DNA of 64,000 nt from Candidatus Danuiimicrobium aquiferis (lineage in GTDB: Bacteria; Omnitrophota; Omnitrophia; Omnitrophales; Danuiimicrobiaceae): assembly GCA_001804285.1 (NCBI GenBank), contig MHFR01000051.1, positions 46,926-110,925 of the forward strand, in the 5' to 3' direction. Shown piece by piece: positions 48,137 to 58,900 of this stretch (within the stretch, counting starts at the first letter, position 1; each line of letters begins with the position of its first letter). A program made the translations under genes and the position numbers. Under the pieces are notes generated by a model that worked only from the letters and a program-made list of their open reading frames with translations, was not told the DNA's origin and did no database searches.

Positions 48137-49420
48137 TCATGGCATACCCAGTCCAAATGGTAATATTGCCCATTCGTCTATTTTCAGGGCTAATCCTAAT
48201 GCGACCGGTGAAAGTGTTTTCTTTTTATCAAAGCCATTCAGGGTTTTAAATTTCTCATCAAGGTGGTACGGTTTCCATAAATCGATCGGGTTGATATCTA
48301 CATTCAAACTTCCACAAACATATTCCCTGAAACCGGTCATGTCTGAACTGCCGCCTAATAGATAGGCCCGATGAACTTTCCCACCTTCGGATCCAACTTC
48401 TTTTGAGAATGAAAACTGAAGTGAGCGGTTCACTTCTGCTAATAATTTATTTATTTCGTCCAAGAGTACCCCGCTTACAGCGAAAGCTTCATCGCTTAAA
48501 TTCGATTCCTTAATTCCCGCTTTAGAGATAGCCGACAAACCATAAGTCTTTTTTAACTCTTCTGCTTTTGAAAAATTGCAGTTTAATTTTTCGGAAAGTG
48601 CTACCGAAAACCGGTTTCCGGCTATCGGAATCAATCGCCCAAATAGGATGCGTTGACCTGCAACAATTAATAAGCTGGTGAAACGCGCTCCAACATCAAG
48701 AATGACGACACGTTCATTTTTTTCCCAACGCTCTGTCCTGAGCAGCGCTTGCCAGCTTGCCAGCGGATTGGTTTCGATAGAAAGGACGCGAAAGCCCGCG
48801 CTTTGAACGACTTCAAATTGACGATAGATTAATTCTCGGGGTATTGCTACCAAAAAAAGTTTTTGAATGCTGCTCGCATTATCGGAATTCTGTTCAGGAA
48901 TATAATCAAAGAAATTGGTTTTAGGATCAATCAAGTGTTGATCGCTCATCTCTTTTTTGATCGATTCCCGCACTTCCTCATTTGTCCCTTTAGGCACTGC
49001 CATCTCCCCCAGAAAGACAGATTGATCATAAACACTAATTCCCACGCGTGTCTTTGGTTTTATCCTCGAAGAAATTTTAACTAAACAATTAACCACTTCT
49101 TTCATGGGATCCTCAGGCTGGCTGCCGTCCGATAATTTTTGAAGGGGTTCAACCTGATAATCTTTAATGCAGATCCCTTTACTTTTTTTGCTGAGAAGGA
49201 TAAATTTAATAGAATCCCCACCGACATCAATCCCCGCAAATTCATTGTGATAAACCGCATTCTCAAACCCTGCCCGTATGGCTTGAAAAAATCCGGGCCC
49301 GCTTTTTAAAGGGGTGCTTTCAATAGATTTTGAGCCTTCCTGTTTTTTCAGCTTTCCCGAAGTGTCAGGATCAAATATCCGCGAAATCAGCTTCTTTGAA
49401 TCAATTCGATTTTGTGACAA
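48137..49420 (-). CDS. pilM: PilM actin-like alignment protein
   Basis: GIDVGGDSIK, LDVGARFT, LGGSS, ALGLAL. Confidence 0.88.
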   Translation of the reverse strand: MSQNRIDSKKLISRIFDPDTSGKLKKQEGSKSIESTPLKSGPGFFQAIRAGFENAVYHNEFAGIDVGGDSIKFILLSKKSKGICIKDYQVEPLQKLSDGSQPEDPMKEVVNCLVKISSRIKPKTRVGISVYDQSVFLGEMAVPKGTNEEVRESIKKEMSDQHLIDPKTNFFDYIPEQNSDNASSIQKLFLVAIPRELIYRQFEVVQSAGFRVLSIETNPLASWQALLRTERWEKNERVVILDVGARFTSLLIVAGQRILFGRLIPIAGNRFSVALSEKLNCNFSKAEELKKTYGLSAISKAGIKESNLSDEAFAVSGVLLDEINKLLAEVNRSLQFSFSKEVGSEGGKVHRAYLLGGSSDMTGFREYVCGSLNVDINPIDLWKPYHLDEKFKTLNGFDKKKTLSPVALGLALKIDEWAILPFGLGMP

Positions 49421-50321
49421 GGGCCAAAACCTCCTCGGCTAACTGCTGATACTCAATCGCGCCCAACGAAGTTGGCGCATACGTGATCACCGATTGCTGG
49501 ACCATCGGTGACTCAATTAATTTCACATTGTTGTGAATGACCGTCTTGAACATTTGACTTCCGAAATAATCCCTCAGCGCATGTAACACTTCTTCTGCGA
49601 TTTTGATCCGCTTATCATAAAGGGTCGCAAGAATGCCCAATGTCTCGAGTCCGGGATTAAATTGCTGTTTAACGGATTCGATGGTCCGGAAAAGCTCCTT
49701 CATGCCTTCCAACGCATAATAATGAGTCTGCACGGGAATTAAGACTTTTGATGCATAGCACAATGCATTTAATGTCAATAAATTCAATGTCGGAGGACAA
49801 TCTAATAAAATGAAATCGTAATGTTGCTGAACATTCTGCAATTTAGACCGAAGGGCTTGCTCTCCTGCTTGTATATCGGCCAGCTCAAGTTGCGCGCTTG
49901 CCAAACGGCTCGCAGAAGGCAAAATATGAAGCCCCGGAATCTGACATGGCCGCATCACATCCCCAAAAACCACATTGGGATTGACAAGCAGATCGTAAAC
50001 CGATCGCTGCAACTTATCAACAGATACGCCAAGCCCTAATGTCGCATGTGCTTGCGGATCTAAATCCACCACCAAAACCTTTCCACCCTTTATGGCCAAA
50101 GCAGCGCTAAGATTGACAACCGTTGTGGTTTTCCCGCAACCGCCTTTTTGGTTCATCACAGTTATCGTCACGGGCCGGCTTCCCTCCGGAAGTCCAAAAG
50201 AACTTTGAAGATCTCGCTTTAACTCCCCTTCACGGAGCCACCCAAAAATACTTCTGAATTTGAACCCTGCTTTTTTTGGGGGTTCCTCTGTAGAAATCGT
50301 ACTCTCCAGTAATTCACTCAT
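49401..50321 (-). CDS. ParA/Soj-family ATPase (no parB in window)
   Basis: Deviant Walker A NQKGGCGKTTT, DLDPQAHAT, LDCPP, ALEG; ATGA overlap with the MerR gene. Confidence 0.92.
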   Translation of the reverse strand: MSELLESTISTEEPPKKAGFKFRSIFGWLREGELKRDLQSSFGLPEGSRPVTITVMNQKGGCGKTTTVVNLSAALAIKGGKVLVVDLDPQAHATLGLGVSVDKLQRSVYDLLVNPNVVFGDVMRPCQIPGLHILPSASRLASAQLELADIQAGEQALRSKLQNVQQHYDFILLDCPPTLNLLTLNALCYASKVLIPVQTHYYALEGMKELFRTIESVKQQFNPGLETLGILATLYDKRIKIAEEVLHALRDYFGSQMFKTVIHNNVKLIESPMVQQSVITYAPTSLGAIEYQQLAEEVLALVTKSN

Positions 50322-50605
50322 ATGGAATCCTCCTTGGAACCCTTGACTTTCAATGCAGCCGCGCACAGTGTATAGCCTTCGTTCAAAAGCTGCTTAATCC
50401 GCAGCAATACGTTAATATCTGATTGCGAAAACCTTCTATATTCATACGAACCGAATTGTTCATAAATGGGCTTAACGATTCCAAGCTGTTCCCAATAATA
50501 AAGTTGCCGGCTTGAAACTCCAACGAGCTTTGCTGTCGAAGAAATACTGTAGTACAGCGCACCTGAATGGACTATGTCTAACATCTGTTGCAAATTTTGC
50601 GTCAT
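50318..50605 (-). CDS. MerR-family HTH protein (DNA-binding domain only)
   Basis: YSISxxAKLVGVSxRQLYYWE, YRRFS, IKQLLNEGYTL; 95 aa. Confidence 0.88.
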   Translation of the reverse strand: MTQNLQQMLDIVHSGALYYSISSTAKLVGVSSRQLYYWEQLGIVKPIYEQFGSYEYRRFSQSDINVLLRIKQLLNEGYTLCAAALKVKGSKEDSI

Positions 50606-50625
50606 AATAGTTAACCTTTTGTTTT

Positions 50626-50655
50626 ACAAGTATGTCTATGGTTTGACATCCTTGT
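50626..50655. promoter_or_regulatory. Inverted-repeat operator candidate upstream of the MerR gene
   Basis: ACAAGTATGTC-N8-GACATCCTTGT (10 of 11 positions paired). Confidence 0.5.
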
Positions 50656-50736
50656 TATATGCGTGAATCGACCGAAGGCAGAGAAACTTTATTGATTTTT
50701 ATTTGAAATGGGGTGTTTACCCGGAGGCTGCCATTG

Positions 50737-50896
50737 GTAATTGTTTAGCGTTCTGAAGTGGCAAACACGCCAGGTTCGTGTCATGCCCGCATGCTTAAGG
50801 CGGGCATCCACAGTTTCTGGATTCCCGCTTTCGCGGGAATGACAAAAAATCAGAGGCCCTTTTACAGATAATCGCTTCAAAACGCTAAACAAATAC
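50737..50896. mobile_element. MITE E (160 bp) with ~24-bp TIRs and 8-bp target duplication, containing a family A doublet
   Basis: TGCCATTG|gtaattgtttagcgttctgaagtg...tcgcttcaaaacgctaaacaaatac|TGCCATTG. Confidence 0.8.
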
Positions 50897-50921
50897 TGCC
50901 ATTGAAGTGATTACTAAAATC

Positions 50922-50966
50922 CCCTCACCCCTACCCTCTCCCCGTGGGAGAGGGTAGGGGTGAGGG
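50922..50966. repeat. Family B-like perfect 21-bp hairpin after pilB
   Basis: ccctcacccctaccctctccc-cgt-gggagagggtaggggtgaggg. Confidence 0.8.
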
Positions 50967-50974
50967 CAACCGGA

Positions 50975-52681
50975 CTACGAGTCCTGTGTCACTCTCAGGA
51001 CCTCGTCGATGGTGGAAACGCCCTGCTGGGCTTTGAGGAGGCCTTCTTCTTTTAAGGTTTTCATGCCAAGCGCAATCGCTTTTCTTTTAATGACTTCCGC
51101 GGATTCTTTTTTAACAATAGACGCGCGAATATCATCCGTTGGAACCATGAACTCAAATATGCCCGTTCTTCCCTGATAACCCGTTCCTTTGCATCGGTCA
51201 CAACCGACCTTTTCATAGAACTCGGATTTAACATTCTTTGCTCCGATGTGACCGCTCACTTCCATTAATAATGCTTTTTCAGGGAGATACGGTTTTCTGC
51301 AATGAGTACACAGCTTACGAACAAGCCGCTGCGCGATGACACAGCTTAGAGATGACGAAATCAAAAATGGCTCGACCCCCATATCAAGCAACCTGGTAAT
51401 GGCTGCCGGCGCATCGTTGGTGTGTAAGGTGCTTAGCACCAGATGCCCCGTCAATGCGGCTTGAATGGCAATCGTTGCCGTTTCCAAATCACGGATTTCA
51501 CCGATCATAATCACATCGGGATCCTGTCGCATAATCGAACGCAATCCCTTGGCGAAGGTCAACCCGCTTTTCAGATCAATTTGTGATTGCCGGACTCTTT
51601 CCAACCGGGACTCAACCGGATCTTCTAAGGTAATGATATGCTTCTCGACGGAATTAATTCGGTTTAAACAAGCGTATAACGTGCTTGTTTTTCCGCTACC
51701 GGTCGGACCCGTGACTAAAATAATTCCGTGCGGATATTGAAGGATTTTTTCGAATTGAATCAATGCCTGTTGCTGCATCCCGAGATCCTCAAGCGAAATT
51801 ACAGACTCTGACCGGTCCAAGACACGGATGACCACATTTTCACCATAAATGGTCGGGAAGGTGGAGATACGAAGATTCACGTCTCTATCTTTCATCTGAT
51901 ATTGAATCCGTCCGTCTTGAGGCAGCCGTTTTTCGGCAATATCCATATTGGCCATAATTTTGATGCGGGAAATAATTGACGATTCCATCGATTTCGGAGG
52001 CAGGGGCGAATAATCGTACAAAACCCCGTCAATCCGGTAACGCACGTACAATGCCTTTTCCGCAGGCTCCAAATGAATATCGCTTGCATGATTTTCGAGT
52101 GCTTTTTCAATCAGTAAATTGACAATATTAACAGCGGGCGCATTCTGGGTTGATTCGCCTATGATTTTATCTTTCGATTCTCCGGAAACTGAACCGCCAT
52201 CTCCTCCGATTCCACGGATGGCTTTCCCAAGATGATCTTCCGTCCCAAAGAGTTGATTGATTTTTCGGAGAATGGCTTCTTCATCGGAAAAAACCGGAGA
52301 AATTTCGCACTTGGCATATTGTCCGAGGCGGTCGAGCAGAACGACATCAAGAGGATCAATCATGGCCATAGTCAAAACGTTCTTTTCTTTTTTGATCGGT
52401 AAAACTTTGAAGTAACGGATTAATTTTTCAGGAATCAATTTAATCGTTTCGGGATCAAGAGAAGGAATTTGATCCAAATCAAGGAATGAAATGCGGTAAA
52501 ATTCACTGATCAGCTTAAGAACTTCTACTCGGGAACGACCTTCGAGACACGGCAAAACATCAATAAAACGTTTTCCTGCTTTACCGCGTTCTTCAAAAAG
52601 CTTGTCTTTTTCGGGTTGCGTTAACATATGCCCCGAGGAAAGTTTTTCTTTCAGATACGTTTCTAATTCCTTTTCAATCAC
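50975..52681 (-). CDS. pilB: PilB/GspE assembly ATPase
   Basis: ASDIHLEP, EKRLPQDG, GPTGSGKT, RQDPDVIMIGEIRD, STLHTND, tetracysteine CTHC/CDRC. Confidence 0.93.
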   Translation of the reverse strand: MIEKELETYLKEKLSSGHMLTQPEKDKLFEERGKAGKRFIDVLPCLEGRSRVEVLKLISEFYRISFLDLDQIPSLDPETIKLIPEKLIRYFKVLPIKKEKNVLTMAMIDPLDVVLLDRLGQYAKCEISPVFSDEEAILRKINQLFGTEDHLGKAIRGIGGDGGSVSGESKDKIIGESTQNAPAVNIVNLLIEKALENHASDIHLEPAEKALYVRYRIDGVLYDYSPLPPKSMESSIISRIKIMANMDIAEKRLPQDGRIQYQMKDRDVNLRISTFPTIYGENVVIRVLDRSESVISLEDLGMQQQALIQFEKILQYPHGIILVTGPTGSGKTSTLYACLNRINSVEKHIITLEDPVESRLERVRQSQIDLKSGLTFAKGLRSIMRQDPDVIMIGEIRDLETATIAIQAALTGHLVLSTLHTNDAPAAITRLLDMGVEPFLISSSLSCVIAQRLVRKLCTHCRKPYLPEKALLMEVSGHIGAKNVKSEFYEKVGCDRCKGTGYQGRTGIFEFMVPTDDIRASIVKKESAEVIKRKAIALGMKTLKEEGLLKAQQGVSTIDEVLRVTQDS

Positions 52682-52834
52682 GAATCAACCCGTTGGTTAT
52701 GATGATATGATGAGCTTTGTGTTTCAGAATTACAATTTTGACAATTTAACCTGAACCCCTCATTAAATCAAGAAAAAAGTGCCCAATCAAAGCCATGACA
52801 CCCTTGATTTAAATTTTGTGTTTTGCAAAATTTA

Positions 52835-52907
52835 TGTCATTCCCGCAAGCTTTAAGCGGGAATCCAGAAAAAATATGGATCCCCGATAGAAACATTCGGG
52901 GATGACA
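52835..52907. repeat. Family A doublet
   Basis: tgtcattcccgcaagctttaagcgggaatcca...tggatccccgatagaaacattcggggatgaca. Confidence 0.85.
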
Positions 52908-52971
52908 AATCATTCATTGTCAAAGAGTTGTGATTATTACACCATAAAAAGCGCAGAATTCACGTTGAAAT

Positions 52972-55900
52972 TTATTTCTTTTCCGGCGGTTTCATTTCAG
53001 CCGGCATTTCTTTCCATGTAACAATCCTCAAATTCCGGCTCCCGACGGATCCGAAATTAATAACGCCCCTCTTTTCAGAAACAGTGACGGCCGATTCCGG
53101 CATCACAGCCGCACCCACGTAAATCGTTTCAACGGCCGAAGATTTCATCTCGAAAGTACAAACTCCATTTTTCATCACAAATTCCGTTTGCTTTGGCAGC
53201 GTTAACGACGGAAGCAGCGAATCTCCGGTTTGCCCGACCGGCTTTCCTTCCGGCAAATAATATTGAACTGTCACACGCGTCGAATCGGTTTTAATCACTT
53301 GCCCCTTGGAATCAACCACCTTTATCGTCACCTTCACCGGCTCGTTCAGCGCTCCGTAAGACGATTCAATCACGATAGTCGCTTTAACCACCTCTGCTTT
53401 AGGAGACGATTCTCCCTCGGCATCAGCATCCTCGGCTGTAATTGAAAACTCAGGCAAATCTCCGGGCCCGATGATGTTGAAAACGTGGATCCCCTGATCA
53501 GAACCTGTAAATTCATATTCTTCGGGTAGCCCCAACTCGACTCCGGAAGATAGTCCAATCTTCCCGGCATAGTTCGTGATTGCCTGATTATTGAAATCAA
53601 ACGCACTCACGGTTGCCGTGAATTTCTCTCCGTCATAATAAGTATAAAGATCAGCTTGTGCCCGCGAAGCATCCGCCGGCTTTGAAAGCTCGATCTGAAA
53701 CTTGGAAGCAACAAACGAGACGGATTCGGATGTTCCGAAAAGCAATTCCGGATATTGTGTATCGATTACTTTCAAAGATACTTCCCCCCAGGCGTTAAAC
53801 CGGTTGGTCAATGTAACGGTACCGTTTGATATTGAACTCAAATTGGTTACGGCAAGATTTTCGACTGTTCCGCCGTCTTCAGTCACAACCGTCACATCTG
53901 CTGCGCCGTCATAATTCGAAGTCACTTCCCCGCTTTGATTTACCGCCGTCACCGTCATTTCAAAATCTTTCCCGACGGCGAATGATTTTTCATCTACCAC
54001 CACTTTATATTCATACGGAATAACCGTGAGATTTCCCGAGACGCCCTTAATCACCCCGTCCGCGCTGTCACTTGCCAGCACTTGAATGATTCCGGCATCG
54101 TCATATTGAAGCGAGGCCGTGGCAATCCCGCCTGAAAAGTTGGACACGACGGCCGGCACGAACTGCTTGGTCCCGGCCGTAGGGTTAATATATTGCACTC
54201 CCAAATTGGCCGTTCCGCTGTAAGACACAACCGCTTTATTTCCGCCCGCCCCGGTTTCAACAGCAGAAATCCTTACATCAAACGGCGTGCCGGCTTTTAC
54301 CAGTCCTTGAGTGAGAAGTTCTATCAAATAACTCACTGAACCAAAAGTCACCGTATCCGTGCTGGTATCCGTACTGTCATTCGAATCCGTATAGGTCACC
54401 GTCACCAAATCTCCTCCGCCGCTCACCTCAAGGGTCCCGTTATCTACATGCCCCGTCCGGTTTTGTACGGTCGGAAATGGATTATACGGTACGGAACTCG
54501 TATTGATGAAAATACCGCTATCGACATCGCTTTCAAGCAAGTTAATTTCCTCAGAATCGCCTGTTGCCGGATTGCTCACCGTTACTTTGATCGCATCTTT
54601 AACTAACGGATCCCGATTCCGGTCCGCATCCAGAACTTTCACATAGACATAGTCACCGATCGAATAATTCGACACTTCGATTCCGCTCACATTCACAAAA
54701 TGGATCTCCGATCTGGTTGAAGTCACAGTAATTTCACTTGATAAAACGGGGGCGATTAAATCATTCCCGACCAGTTCCGCTTTCAATTTAATCACGCCGC
54801 CTTCGTTGTAAGACACGTTTGAAAAAGTGGCCACACCGCCGGTGACGGTGATCGTGTTATCTTCATCGAGTGCACTTGATGACAAAGTCCCCGGAGCTAC
54901 GGTTGTTCCGTCCGAAGCCAAAACTGCCGTCAGCTTAATCCGGGAGATTGAATCCGAAGAAATGGCGTTTCCGGCTTCGTCCAAGATCGAAACCACCGGC
55001 TGAGTCGTAAATACACTTCCAGCAAAAATCGATGCCGGGGCCGGTGCGGTCGAAAACTGGATTGCCGAGGCGGTCAGTGAACCGACCACAAGATCTAAAT
55101 CATAATCGGCGCTTCCCGTCGAATCATACGTCCCGTCACTTGCATCCAAAGAGACCGTTTCGGCAGTATAGAGCGTTACATCCGTTTCCGCCTTACAACT
55201 TCCTCCGCCGCACAGAAAATCCAGCAACGTCGAAGAGCCGATATTGACCACAATCCCGTTCTTGTCCCGCGCAAAAGGCGTTTTCCCGTTCGTTGCCGTC
55301 GGGCCGCTAAACGTAATGGATTTTTCCCCGGAATAAGTCGCTAAAATCGGAACGCCGCCATTGTCGTATGGCGTGACGCGGACCGTTATCGTATTTCCGC
55401 TTGCGATCGTTCCCGGACTCGTAGACGTCACCACGAAATGGTCGAGGGATTGATGGAATAGCCAATTCGTATTATTTCCCGAATTGGTACCGCTATAGCA
55501 ATCAATTATTTTTTCCGATTTTTGATCTTTGACGTCCACATCGAAACACGCAAACGTTCCTGTTCCGGACCACAACCGCTGAACGCCTTCCACCGTCGAC
55601 CGGATTTTAATTACATCGGAATCTCCGCCGCCGGAAGCGCCGCCCGCGCCGTTCAGACTCACTGTTCCCGCATTCACGAGCCCGCCTTCACCGATCGTAA
55701 TGGTGGCTTCGTCCGATGAACTGCCGCCCGCATGGGTCCATGCGCCGTCTGTTTCAATCACCACTTTATAAGCATTTAACTCAACATTTTCCTCCTGAAC
55801 CAGTTCGCCGTCTAAAATGGTGAGTGTCCCATTCACCACCAGATTTTTTGTGGACACATTCACATCGTCCGCATCGCCAACGCCTGACTTTTCGATCACT

Positions 55901-58900
55901 AAATTGTAGAATGAATTCCCGGTTGATATCAGCTCGGCTGCCGCTGTTCCCGTTAATGTCACTGTTTCCGTTGTATGCGCAAAGGTCCCCGTCGCAAAAT
56001 TCCAGTTACCGGACACCGTAATATCTTTTCCGTTCGGATCAAATGTTCCCGTTGATGAATTGGTAAAATCTCCGTTCACCACCAATGCATCCTGCAGCTC
56101 AACCGTTCCCGTTCCGCTTTCCGTAAAATTGTAAAGTTCAGCGCCGTTTAGTGTCATGGCAACCGAACCGCTGTCGTTCACTTCAATCGTCGAATTTCCG
56201 GGGGTGAATGTTGCATCCGGATCGATTTCAAGTTTTCCGGCAACGGTGATGATGGTATTTTCAGATCCGGCATCGGATGCGTCCAACGTTCCCGCAACCG
56301 TCAAGCCGTCAGAACCGGTAATTTCGATATCGTAACCATTCGTGACTAACGTATCCGTCTCATTAATCGTAACCGATTCTGTCAGAATGTCAGATCCGAG
56401 CTCTACCGTTTCAGGAGAAGCTCCGATCACTAATTTCCCGAGGTTCTGTTTCGTGGTGTTGCTATCCGTAATCGTCACGTTGCCTTGGACCCATGTTTTC
56501 CCGTCACCTGTCGAAGGCGTAAATGAAGCGCCGTTCGCAATCGTCATATCCCCCTTCACAATCAGATTCTGATCGTCATCCGCCACAAACGTACCGCTCG
56601 TCACCGCAAAGTCACCTTCCACCGTCATTTCGCTTGAATCGTCAAATTGATATGTTCCGCCGCCGCCAAACACGACGTCTTTAAACACATTTCCTTTCGG
56701 CGCAATCTTGTGCGTTCCTGTTCCGTTAAAATGGACAGGCGCATTGTTGTGTGTGAATGTAGATCCGTTAGCGAGAGAAAAATCTCCCGTCACGTCCATC
56801 GGTTTCCCTTCAACGCCCACCAACGTCCCGCGCATGTCCACATCCGGAAATTCGGTTTCTTCACTGGCCTTGAAAACCGTTCCCGGCCAAATAAAAAGCT
56901 TTAATCCCTCCCCAAAGAACAATTTCTTTTGGCCATTGGTTGTCCTGGGCGTAAATCCCATATATTGCCCAAAGGTGGGATTCGTTCCCGTCGCGCAACC
57001 GCCCGCCGGATTATTGGGATTCGGCACGCACGCCTCGCCGCCATTAAATCCTTGATGCATCCTGTCAAAATCGATGATCGGAATGACAGAACTGTATTCA
57101 TTGCGGATAATCACGTGATTCAGGTAAATATCCATTCCGCTCTTGCTTCCTGCGTCCGTCACAAACGTTAAAACACCTTTTTTGAAATTAGACGGCGGCA
57201 CATAATTTCCGTTAAACGGATCGCAACTTGTGCATGTAGGTTCAACAAAAACGGTCACCAAATCGCCGGCAAGAACAAACATATGCATTTCATATTGGCC
57301 GTTTTGATTCGTGACAATATGATTTCCCAAACCGAACCCATAAGCAAACGCGCCTTTGTCCGCCAAATTCACCCGCGCACCGGCAAGCGGCGTCACGCCC
57401 GCATCGGAATAAACCGTTCCCTGAAGTACAATCTCTACCCCGAATTTCCAATTCATATTCCGTCCGCCGTCAATCGCATGCTGTCCGTACGTAATCACCG
57501 GCGCCGGATTGACATTTAATGAATCCGTAATGCTGATCCAACTAACCACTCTCGTCCCGCGCGGGTCGATTTTCCATTGGGTTTCAGGCTCACTGCTCAC
57601 CAGCGAAATATTTCCCGTTTCCGTGCCCTTCAGATCCGTCGTGTGTAAAACAATCTGCAGTTTACCGGCTTCAAACGTGAGCGTATCCGCCACCGCCACA
57701 TTTTTCTTTAAATCATAGAAAGTCGTCTCGCCCAATATCGATTGGCCGGTTCCGTTTAGCGTTACCATGTTCTGCCGCGGTAAAAATACATCCCGATTAA
57801 CCCAGTTGCCCGCTACATTTATTGGGAAGTTTCCGTCTAATTGGGCATCCAACGTGCCGCCGGTAATGGTTAAATCGCCGCTGACGGTTAGTGGCCCTTG
57901 CAGAATAAAAATAGCGGCCCCGCCCCCGTCATCAAACGTTAAATCATGAAATGCGGAAATTCCGGGCGCAAGTTGAAGCTGACCGGCCTGCGCATTTAAC
58001 AAGACTTTGCCGGCCTGCGCATTAAACGCTCCCGCATTCAGCCACTTTCCGCCCACATTGATCTGAAAACTGTTCTCGCTCGCATCCAATGTTCCGGCCG
58101 TAATATTCAAATCACCGGCCACAACAAGAGGCGCCCCAAGTTGAAACGTGTCTTGATTTGTTTCGGATGGATCATTGACCGTTAAATGATGGAACGTCGT
58201 TGCAATATCCGTAAGAATGTGCGTCGTTGCCGCCGAATCTCCGTCACCGACAAAAGTCACGATGGAACCTTCATGGTTTGTTAAGAGGACTGAAAGGCTT
58301 TCACTGCCTTGAAGTTGAATATTGCCGGAATTATTAATGGCTGTGGCAGACGAAATGTTGTGCCCGTTCAGATCGAGCGTCCCGGCCGTCAGAGTCAGTT
58401 CTCCGTCAACGTCCAAATGATTCGTATCAAGCTGTACCGTTCCGGTGGCTTTATTAATGACAACCGTGTTGAAATCCTGACTGTCTTCCGTCCCGCCACT
58501 AATGATTTTTGTGGTATTTGGGCCGGCAATCGGATTGACGAAATTAACCACTCCCGTGCCGGACACAAAACTTCCCTGGTTCGTCCAATCGCCGGCAACA
58601 AAAATATTATAATTAAGTCCGTCAGCCGTAAAGGATGCGGCAGGTTTAATCGTAAAACTTCCATCCACACGAAGCGTGCCGCCCGCCGGTGCAAAGGTTC
58701 CGCTGATTTCCAATCCGCCTGTTCCGACAATTACATTTCCGTTCGGCGAAAATGTCGAACCGGCATTGATCAGGAGTTTAACACCATTTTCGACCGTCAG
58801 GATTTTCGGGATTCCGTTGTCCGCGTTGTAAAGCATATTCACGGCATCCTGGTCGTTGTCGTAATCAATCAGATTCGGAATCGCAACCGGATTGGCCCCG

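Noticed and set aside
52540-52681. MshEN c-di-GMP-binding motif in PilB
   Set aside because: The expected RLGxxL motif is degenerate (KRFIDVL), so direct c-di-GMP control is not supported.
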